Source: Myxococcales bacterium
GTDB lineage: Bacteria > Myxococcota_A > Polyangia > Polyangiales > DASUME01
NCBI GenBank assembly: GCA_047601445.1
Contig: JASGJH010000001.1
Location: 9,376,001-9,440,000, forward strand
Direction of reading: 5' to 3'
DNA length: 64,000 nt
Below, piece by piece: positions 39,715-47,546 of the stretch. A program made the translations under genes and the position numbers. Under the pieces are notes generated by a model that was given only the letters and a program-made list of their open reading frames with translations, did not search any database and was not told the DNA's origin. The first letter of the stretch is position 1. The number at the start of each line of letters is the position of its first letter.

Positions 39715-40926
39715 CTAGGGCGCGGCCCCCTCGTTCGCCAAGATCGTGCGCGCCTGCGAGGCGTAGGTCCCGTCGGGGTTGCGCGCTAGGTACTGCGCCG
39801 CCGCTCGCTTCGCCTGGGCCGCGTCCCCGCGGCTCTGCTGGATCAGCATGCGGCGACCAAGGGCCTGCGACACGTAGGCCCCGTTCGGCGACTCCTCTAC
39901 GTAGCGCTCGTACCAATCCAACGCCTGGGTATCAGGCAACAGACGCGCCAAGAAGAACGCCGCGTTCTGCGCCTGCGGCGTGCGGGGAAAGCGCTCGCGA
40001 AGGGCCAAGAGTGCGCGCCGCGCCACATCGTCGCGGTGGGCGACGCGGGCGGCGTCGGCCAGGGCGGAAAGATCGGGCGCCGAGCGTTCGCGCAACGAAC
40101 GACCCAGCCCGCGCGCGTTCGCCTGGCGCAGCACCTCCTGGTACTGACCGCGCTCCACCTGTTGTGACCAGCCGTGCAGCGGCCGCGTGGGCACCGCCGC
40201 AACCGCAGGCGTGTTAGGCTCCGCGGGTTGCTGTACCGCGGGAGTCGTCACCGCCGGCTTACCCGCCACCGGCTCCGCCAACGCCGTACGCACTTCGTCG
40301 TTGACGCGCTCGACCGCCAGCCGGCGCAGGCGCGGCGCGGCGCGCAGCCGTTGCCCCGCCTTCAGCGTCAGTCCCTCACCTGCCAGCGGTCCCGACACCA
40401 CCACCGAGCCATGCCGCATGGTGACCTCGAAAATTCCCTCGCGCCCCGACCAGACCACATCGAACGCCGTGCCGGTGACCCGCACACGATAGGGCCCCGC
40501 CTGCACCGACCAGTTGGCGCCCTCGCGGTGCGTGATGGCGAGCGAGCTGCGCCCGTGCCGCAGCTTGAGGTGCGCGCCCGCGGGGGTGACCGACTCTACC
40601 TCGAGCGTCGCTCCGGGCTGCACTGCGACGCGCGAGCCGTCCGAGAACACGAGCTCACGCTGCGGACTCCCCGCCGCCTGGGCGAAGACCTCTTCGCGGT
40701 ACTGCAGACTGTCTTCGCTGCGCGTGAACCAGACCATGACCACCAACGCGGTGGCTAGCGACAGCCCACCGAGGACCGCCCGCAGCCGAAACTCGTGCTG
40801 GCGTCGCGCTGCTCGGCGTCTCGTGAGCTCGGCCCACGAGTCGGCGTCGAGTCGTGGTGTGAGCTCGCCATGGCGCTGATTGCGCGCGAAGCGCGTGAGT
40901 GAATACAGTTCGGGAGGCAGATTCAT
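39715..40926 (-). CDS. FecR-domain / TPR protein (putative anti-sigma factor)
   Basis: TM segment, FSDGSRV, AGPYRVRVTGTAFDV.W, helical C-terminus with Y....P.G.Y repeats; overlaps the sigma gene by 4 nt (ATGA coupling). Confidence 0.85.
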   Translation of the reverse strand: MNLPPELYSLTRFARNQRHGELTPRLDADSWAELTRRRAARRQHEFRLRAVLGGLSLATALVVMVWFTRSEDSLQYREEVFAQAAGSPQRELVFSDGSRVAVQPGATLEVESVTPAGAHLKLRHGRSSLAITHREGANWSVQAGPYRVRVTGTAFDVVWSGREGIFEVTMRHGSVVVSGPLAGEGLTLKAGQRLRAAPRLRRLAVERVNDEVRTALAEPVAGKPAVTTPAVQQPAEPNTPAVAAVPTRPLHGWSQQVERGQYQEVLRQANARGLGRSLRERSAPDLSALADAARVAHRDDVARRALLALRERFPRTPQAQNAAFFLARLLPDTQALDWYERYVEESPNGAYVSQALGRRMLIQQSRGDAAQAKRAAAQYLARNPDGTYASQARTILANEGAAP

Positions 40927-41669
40927 GCGCGCCTCGCCAGGTACGAGGCCAGAGGCTCGCTAGACTTGACGATGGTCCCGAGGCGCTCGCTCGCGTGCGC
41001 CAGGATGCGCCGCACCGTGGGTACCGACACCTCGAGCGCCGCCGCCACCTCCGTGAGCTCCATGCCCTCCACGTAGCGCAGGGTGAAAGCCATGCGGTCG
41101 CGTGTACGCAGCTGCTCGAGCGCGCGATAGAACTGGAGCAGCACTTCGCGCGACTGATAGTCCACCGAGACCTCGCGCAGATCCTGCAGGTCGTGGAAGG
41201 CCGAGAAGCCGATGATGCGCCGCACTCGCCGACGCCGCACGTGCGAACGCACCCGGTGCACGCAGATGGCCACGAGGTACGAGCGCAGCGCGCTCGGGTC
41301 TCGCAGCTGCGCGAGCCGGTCGAATAGGTGCATGAACACCTCCTGCACCACGTCCTCGATGTCGTACTCCGGTCCGAGCGAGCGCGACACGATGCGCCGC
41401 ACCAGCGAGGCGTACTGATTCCAAATGGCGCGCTCGGCGCGTGCCTCGCCGCCCAGTGCGGACTGCACGAGCTGAGCGTCTGTCGAAGCGGACGGGTCCT
41501 CCCGCGAGCCGGACTCGCAAACGGACGCCTGAGGGATTTCCCCCCCGTCGCTCTGGCACGATGTCTTGCCCATGTCCGTGACGCTGGCACTTACGACGAC
41601 GAGAACCGAGACGTCCATACCAGAAACGGACGAAGATGATGCTCTCCGGGCCACGGCAAGGTGCGACAT
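40923..41669 (-). CDS. ECF RNA polymerase sigma factor
   Basis: GAGGAGG RBS; IEDVVQEVF, RDPSALRSYL, RMAFTLRYVEGMELTEVAAALEVSVPTVRR. Confidence 0.93.
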   Translation of the reverse strand: MSHLAVARRASSSSVSGMDVSVLVVVSASVTDMGKTSCQSDGGEIPQASVCESGSREDPSASTDAQLVQSALGGEARAERAIWNQYASLVRRIVSRSLGPEYDIEDVVQEVFMHLFDRLAQLRDPSALRSYLVAICVHRVRSHVRRRRVRRIIGFSAFHDLQDLREVSVDYQSREVLLQFYRALEQLRTRDRMAFTLRYVEGMELTEVAAALEVSVPTVRRILAHASERLGTIVKSSEPLASYLARRA

Positions 41670-41689
41670 GAGACCTCCTCTGGTCGGGG

Positions 41690-41717
41690 AGTCGTCGTTG
41701 CCTACCGGCGGGGATCA
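41690..41717 (-). promoter_or_regulatory. Putative autoregulatory ECF promoter TGATCC-N17-CGACT
   Basis: Directly upstream of the RBS of the ECF sigma gene. Confidence 0.6.
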
Positions 41718-41768
41718 GAAATTTGCAGCGAAAAAAAGATGATCACTTCGAGCGTGCTCAAGCGACGG

Positions 41769-42452
41769 TCAGCGGGCGCACGCGCACACCATGTTTGTCA
41801 CGGAGTATCCGCTGAAGGTCGAGTCGAAGTGCGGAGTCGGGTCGTCGGACCAGTAGGTCGTCCCGTTCATCCAGGCGTGGCAGCCGAATCCCAGGCCGTC
41901 GTTGCGATAGCTATAGATTGGCGCTTTTTCACCGAAAGCGGTCAGGACCTCGCGACAGTTCTGCTGCGTGCCCCCTTCGCTCGAGGTGCCCACGCTCGAC
42001 AAGGCGGGGTGGTTGACGCCTCCGCGGTCTTGGCACGCCGTATCGCAGCTGGTGTGGTAGCCAGCCATGTACCAGCACGCTCCGAGGATCCACATGCCGC
42101 CGCAGCCCGCAACCGCGCCGTCGGACGCGTCCGCGCCGTCATCGGCGCCCGTGTCGGCGGCCAGCGCAGCGTCTGTGGCGGCGTCCTCGATGGTGGCGTC
42201 GATCACAGATGGGGCCCCGTCTTGCGGCTCATTTCCTCCATCGAGCTCGATTGGTAGGACCGGCTCTGGGGCACCTCCGGCATCCCCAGGTGCAGGCGGA
42301 ATCGTGCTCGCATCCGTCTCCGTGGGTACGAAGTCGAACCGTAGACGCCCGCAGCCCGTGACCGAGCTCGCGCAGAGCGTTAGCGCAAGAGCCGCGGCGC
42401 AGCGCTCGGGGCGAAGCTTGAGGGTCACGGGCGAAATCTTGCCACGGAACAT
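41769..42452 (-). CDS. Cys-rich lipoprotein
   Basis: VTGCGRLRFD lipobox, D/A-rich linker, Cys-rich C-terminal domain (SCDTACQDRGG...VCACAR). Confidence 0.75.
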   Translation of the reverse strand: MFRGKISPVTLKLRPERCAAALALTLCASSVTGCGRLRFDFVPTETDASTIPPAPGDAGGAPEPVLPIELDGGNEPQDGAPSVIDATIEDAATDAALAADTGADDGADASDGAVAGCGGMWILGACWYMAGYHTSCDTACQDRGGVNHPALSSVGTSSEGGTQQNCREVLTAFGEKAPIYSYRNDGLGFGCHAWMNGTTYWSDDPTPHFDSTFSGYSVTNMVCACAR

Positions 42453-42516
42453 GCACCGCCCCAAGCGCCGGATTCGCCGCGCGGCGCACCGCATTGTGCG
42501 CCGGCGCAACGAATTT

Positions 42517-42544
42517 TGATCACTGCGAAGCGCACAGGGTGACT
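42517..42544 (+). promoter_or_regulatory. Putative ECF promoter TGATCA-N17-TGACT
   Basis: Upstream of 42554; shares TGATCACTGCG with the site at 38160-38170. Confidence 0.6.
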
Positions 42545-42553
42545 TAGACAGAC

Positions 42554-43645
42554 ATGAGAAGGAGCTCGACCCAGAGCACACCACCTCCACGGCACAGGCG
42601 AACCCGCGCGCTCGCCATGGTCGGCCTGCTGACAGGCTGCAGCGACACGCTGCAGTCGCCGCCAGAGGGCCTCGAGGGCACAGACCTCGACGCAGCAGTC
42701 GCAGACGCGAGCGCCACTCGGGAGCGCGATGCGGACCTGGATGAGCGCGATGCCTCCGGTGTGACGCGTGGCGATGGATCACCGGATCCCGCCAACGGCT
42801 CGGGGGAACCTGCGGATGGCGACGATGCGGGCGAGGAGGATCCCGCGGATCGCGATGCAGGGGGAAAGGTTTGTGACGATGGCTGGGTAGAGAAGGGCGC
42901 GCAGTGCGTGCCCGCATGTCAGCCCCTGCCGGACGCGTTCACGCAAGCCAGGCCTGCGCCGACAGCCCCGCCCTTTGGAAACACGGTGTGGTTCGATCCC
43001 GATGTCATCACCAAGAGCGATCCCACCTCATTCGTCGACGTCGTCTCGGCGGGCACGGGAAAGCGCAACGTGTTCGATCGGCGCACCGATTCGTACGAGC
43101 AGATCGACGCCATCTTGTTCAAAGCGCGCTTCGGCTCCGCGACAGAAGTAGAGGTGCGGGTCAATCCCGAGTTCTCTCACGACGATGCCGAGGCCGCCGC
43201 CATCCGGCACGCGATTGCCATAGGAAGGATACCCGCATTCCTTTTCGCCAGCCTGAAGACCATCACGATCCACAAGGGCAAGGAGCTCTACGGAGGGGGA
43301 GGCAACGATTTGCTGATCCACACCGGGCAGACCGATGACTATGAGGCAGACGGGGTGCTCGAAGAGGTCTTCCTTCACGAGGCGACGCACACGTCCCTCG
43401 ACGGGCAACATGCAGCGGCCGCCAATTGGCGCGCGGCACAGACAGCCGACGGGGTCGCAATCTCACCCTACGCGCAAGAAAATCCCACGCGTGAGGACCT
43501 TGCCGAGACCATGGGGCCCTACCTCGCGATTCGGTTTCGACGGCAGCGCCTGAAGGTTGGCGTCGTGGAGAAGTTCGAGGCCAACCTGCCCAATCGGATG
43601 AAGTACCTCGACTGCTTGGGCCTCACCATGGACACGCTCAAATAG
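42554..43645 (+). CDS. Lipoprotein with zincin-like HEXXH motif
   Basis: LLTGC lipobox, acidic linker, EEVFLHEATHTSLD...ISPYAQENPTREDLAE. Confidence 0.75.
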   Translation: MRRSSTQSTPPPRHRRTRALAMVGLLTGCSDTLQSPPEGLEGTDLDAAVADASATRERDADLDERDASGVTRGDGSPDPANGSGEPADGDDAGEEDPADRDAGGKVCDDGWVEKGAQCVPACQPLPDAFTQARPAPTAPPFGNTVWFDPDVITKSDPTSFVDVVSAGTGKRNVFDRRTDSYEQIDAILFKARFGSATEVEVRVNPEFSHDDAEAAAIRHAIAIGRIPAFLFASLKTITIHKGKELYGGGGNDLLIHTGQTDDYEADGVLEEVFLHEATHTSLDGQHAAAANWRAAQTADGVAISPYAQENPTREDLAETMGPYLAIRFRRQRLKVGVVEKFEANLPNRMKYLDCLGLTMDTLK

Positions 43646-44067
43646 TGAAGAAACGCCAAATGATCGCTACGCGCCATGCGTGTCCTCGCGCCACAGCCCG
43701 AGCCTTGCTTGGTCGCAGTTTGCTCGCGCTCGTCATCGGTCATCTGTGCGCGTGCGACGAGGGGGCTCCCCGCGCAGAAGAGGGCGGCGAGACCGACGAC
43801 GCCGGTGTCGTTCATGGCGTCCGCGGGGCACGTTGAGGGGCCCGTGCCGGTGGTGAACACACCCCAAGCGGGCTAGGCCGCGGCGTCGGCCTACACGCGG
43901 GAGGTCGGTGCGCGGGTTCGGCGCGAGGCTGACGGGGTGAAGTCCGGAAGCCGTGACCTTATTGGTGCCCGGCGACGAAGGTGGCTGCAGTAACATCGCT
44001 CCGGAGGTCGACGCGGTGCCCAAGACTTGAGGAGCCCGAGGTGAGGCCGTACGACGCGAGGTTGTTT

Positions 44068-44508
44068 GTGAGTCGTGGGTTCAATGTCTTCTGTGTGCTG
44101 GCGCTGCTGTTCGTTGCCGCATGCGCGGGGAGCTCTCTCACCCCCTTGATGGGCGGTGCTCGCGAACCGGGAGCCGTGTTCTACGTGGCATGGCACGAAA
44201 AGGATTCGCGCAACCTGCACCAGGTCGTAGCCGGGGCAATCGCAGCACGGGGCCTAACCGTGAGGGCAGGGCCTCCTGCGCAGCGGCCCTCGAGCGTGCG
44301 CTTCGTCGTGACCTACGAGGACCGCTGGGAGTGGGACATACGCATGTACCTCAAGAAGATCGTGATTCGTGTGCACGACGTGCAGACGGGCGCGCTACTC
44401 GGGGAGAGCGAAATGCACCAAGGTTCTCTGTCGGCCATGGGAGAAACCTACGAAGACATCATCAGGCGGGCTACCCAGGCATTGTTCGTGGAGCGCAGCA
44501 CTTCGTGA
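44068..44508 (+). CDS. Hypothetical lipoprotein
   Basis: LLFVAAC lipobox; VTYEDRWEWDIRMYL...IRVHDVQTGALLGE. Start approximate. Confidence 0.7.
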   Translation: MSRGFNVFCVLALLFVAACAGSSLTPLMGGAREPGAVFYVAWHEKDSRNLHQVVAGAIAARGLTVRAGPPAQRPSSVRFVVTYEDRWEWDIRMYLKKIVIRVHDVQTGALLGESEMHQGSLSAMGETYEDIIRRATQALFVERSTS

Positions 44509-44878
44509 TGTGATGTGCAGCGCAGTGCAGCAGAGGTATCAGGCTGGCGGATGGCGGTCGGTCCGCTCTCGGTGCGCCATGCCTGCGAGGCTCGTTGCGG
44601 CGCTCCTGGGTCGAGTGAGAAGCCCTTTCGGGCAAGGTCCAGCAGGCCAAGCGCGTAAACGTCCTGTATGGGCTTGGCAACCTCGCCGTCGGCTACGCGC
44701 TCCCCGTGCGCGTTGGGAACTTCGAGCCCCGGAGCGCGCTACGCGCGTGCGCTTTGGGGTTTCCAGCAAAACCGCGCCTGCGCCTGGGTTGACAGGCTCC
44801 GCGTGTTGCAGTTACGACAACCCGACTGAGCAGGCAGTGCACCACGGCCAACGCGCCCTGAAGTGGGGAGAGTCAAAG

Positions 44879-46318
44879 ATGACGTTTGTTCGCGCTCCTG
44901 GGTTGCACGCAGGCATCGCCGTTACGTTCGCTGCAGCCCTGCTGTTTGCGCCGACTGCGCACGCGGAAGACCATGGCGAGGCCGCCTACAACGCGTGGAC
45001 CGCGGCGTTCTTGGTCAAAGGGGACCTTGGCAACCACAAGGGGATGACCTTCTTCGCCAAGTCGCTGACGGGCCCCGACCACAAGGTTCCCGACGACAAC
45101 TGGCGACTGGCGTTGGACATCATGGTGGTGGCGGACACCTATCTTCACACTCGCAAGCCAGAGCAGCTGATCCTTCTCGACACGCTGCTCGGCGACTACA
45201 TGAAGTTCAACGGTACCGACTACAGCGGCGATCAATGGAATGACGACCTGGGTTGGATCTCGATCGCCTTCATTCGCGGATACCAGCTCACGGGCCAGCA
45301 AAAGTATCTCGATATGTCTGCCAAGCTGTGGAACCTGGCGTACGATCGAGGTTGGGACAGCGAACTCGGCGGCGGAATCTGGGAAAACAAGGTAGAGCGG
45401 CCAGGCAAGGAAGCCCTGAGCAACAACCCCTTCATCATCTCGGGAATCGCGCTCTACGAAGCCACCAAGGACCAGGCGTACCTCACGAAGGCCACGGCAA
45501 TCTACGACTGGGTACGCAAGAACCTCTTCGACGCCAAGACCGGGCGGGTCAATCAAGGCTTGAACCCGCCGAACACATTGAATCCCGGCGGAAACGTCTA
45601 CAACAGTGGAACGTTCATCATCGCCGCGAACAACCTCTACAGGGTCCTGGGGACGACCAGCTATCGTGACGACGCTCAGAAGGCGATCGACTTCGTACTG
45701 GCCAAGGGGCCCATCCTTCGCGACTCGGACAACACGCAGAACGCGCTGTGGGCGTACTGGTTCATCAAGGGCTTGACCGAGTTCTGTGCCGCCAACGACA
45801 AATGGGCTCAGTACCAGGACTACCTGGACATGAATGCACAAAGCTCATGGGCCAATCGCGACCCGAAAACCAACTTGACGGGGAACGATTGGACCGCTGT
45901 CTATGCCTACTCGGACACCAGCAAGGTTGGGCCGATGCCAAGCAACAGTGGCGTTGCCATCTGGCAGCTGAATGACCCGAGCATTGGTGCCGTGGACGCT
46001 GGTCCGGACGCAGGCGCTGGTGGCGAAGACGGCGGCGGTTCCGGCACTGCGGACGGTGGCTCCCCGGCGGATGGCACGGGGGCTGGAGCGGCAGGCACGG
46101 GCGACGCCGGGGCAAACACTGGCTCTGCGGGTGAAGTTGACGCTGGAGATCGGGCCGCACCGATGAACGCGCGCAGTTCTGCCCATGGATCCGGCTGCAG
46201 CTGCCTGTTGGTGGCAGAGCGAGAGTCTCGAGGCCTCCCCCTGGCTGGCTTCTTCGGGCTCTTGCTCTTCGCGACCCGCAAACGGAGGCGCGCTGCTCGG
46301 TCTACTGAGGCGGGCTAA
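44879..46318 (+). CDS. Glycoside hydrolase family 76 with MYXO-CTERM-type sorting tail
   Basis: Signal peptide (AHA-E), WNDDLGW catalytic DD, GGGIWE, YNSGTFI; ends GSGCSC...GFFGLLLFATRKRRR. Confidence 0.88.
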   Translation: MTFVRAPGLHAGIAVTFAAALLFAPTAHAEDHGEAAYNAWTAAFLVKGDLGNHKGMTFFAKSLTGPDHKVPDDNWRLALDIMVVADTYLHTRKPEQLILLDTLLGDYMKFNGTDYSGDQWNDDLGWISIAFIRGYQLTGQQKYLDMSAKLWNLAYDRGWDSELGGGIWENKVERPGKEALSNNPFIISGIALYEATKDQAYLTKATAIYDWVRKNLFDAKTGRVNQGLNPPNTLNPGGNVYNSGTFIIAANNLYRVLGTTSYRDDAQKAIDFVLAKGPILRDSDNTQNALWAYWFIKGLTEFCAANDKWAQYQDYLDMNAQSSWANRDPKTNLTGNDWTAVYAYSDTSKVGPMPSNSGVAIWQLNDPSIGAVDAGPDAGAGGEDGGGSGTADGGSPADGTGAGAAGTGDAGANTGSAGEVDAGDRAAPMNARSSAHGSGCSCLLVAERESRGLPLAGFFGLLLFATRKRRRAARSTEAG

Positions 46319-46341
46319 CAGGGCGTCTCGCCAAGCCCTCG

Positions 46342-47076
46342 TCAGGCGCGCGCCGCGCGGTCGACCTCAGGAGTGCGCGTACCCAGGCCTGCCAGCGTGG
46401 CCAAGCGCAACAGCGAAAGTGAGACCGTGGTGGGAACCCTGGGCTCGGGAAGCCCGAGTACCGTGCGCACCTTGCCGTCCATGGTGCCGAGTAGAATCTG
46501 TCGCGTGAGCCCCTGCATGCCGCGCGGGATCACCAACCGATTGACCTCGTAGAGCGAGGTGCGCGCGAGCGCGTGGCCCGCGGGCGTAGGCCCCTGGTGC
46601 GCCGCCTCGAAGTCTGCCTGGAAGCGCATCCATTCGTGGAGCGAGGGCACGAGGTCGGCGATACCCATGCGCGCACCAACCTGCAGCCAGAAGTCGAGCA
46701 ATAGGTCGCGGTCGCGCTGCGAGAACGGCTGCGCTCCGAAGTGCTGATTGAAGCGCAGCGGTTCGAGGAAGAACACCGATAGAACGTAGCGATACTCGTC
46801 GTTGGTCGCCGTCACGCCTCGATGCTTGGTGGCCATGCGATCCAGCGCAGCCCGGCCCGCTTCGCTGTCGAGCCCCTCCAGGATCAGAGTCTTGATCAAC
46901 TCGCGCGTGCGCTGCAGACGCTGGAAGGTCTCGCTCTGGAGCAGAGACCCGGCGTACAGACGCGAAACCATGCCGGCGATGCCCATCGTGCGCAGCAGCC
47001 CCAGATACGTGCCCAGGCGGAAGTCCCAGGCGTGGCGCTGATAGTAGAGTTCCACGATGGGGCTTTGGGCGTTCAT
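46342..47076 (-). CDS. MpaB/DUF2236-like oxygenase family protein
   Basis: GLDSEAGRAALDRM..KH...NDEYRYVLSVF...FWLQVGARMGI. Confidence 0.7.
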   Translation of the reverse strand: MNAQSPIVELYYQRHAWDFRLGTYLGLLRTMGIAGMVSRLYAGSLLQSETFQRLQRTRELIKTLILEGLDSEAGRAALDRMATKHRGVTATNDEYRYVLSVFFLEPLRFNQHFGAQPFSQRDRDLLLDFWLQVGARMGIADLVPSLHEWMRFQADFEAAHQGPTPAGHALARTSLYEVNRLVIPRGMQGLTRQILLGTMDGKVRTVLGLPEPRVPTTVSLSLLRLATLAGLGTRTPEVDRAARA

Positions 47077-47546
47077 GGCGGGAGCAGCGTAGGCGCGGAC
47101 AACCAGGCGCGCCAAGGGAAGTCTGGCGGCGAAGGATGATGGCGCGCGCGAGCGCCGCCGCAGCTGAGGGGTGATCGTGACCGCGAGCAGCCAGCGCCCC
47201 GACATCGGGCAAACGTTCATGGTGACGTGGGAGGGGAACGTCACCGTTCAGGTCAAGGGCGGCAGCAATGTCCGCGCGTGTCCGGGTGGAAGATAGGCCG
47301 CACAAACGGTGGGCCCGACCCGAGGGCGGGCTCCGAGCAAGCTTCAGCTGCAGCGAGGCCCCCCGAGGGCCCGTACCGCGGGCGACTCCGGCCGCGTCGG
47401 CGCTGGCGTAGAGCGCCCGTGCTCGCGCGGATGCGTACGCGGCGTGGGCGCCTCGAGGTGGTCTCGTTGGCCATTTCAGGCAGTGAAGTGGCGCGTTTTG
47501 GGCGTAAGGTGTCGAGTAGGTACCAGAAATAGCGGAGGGCAGCGAT

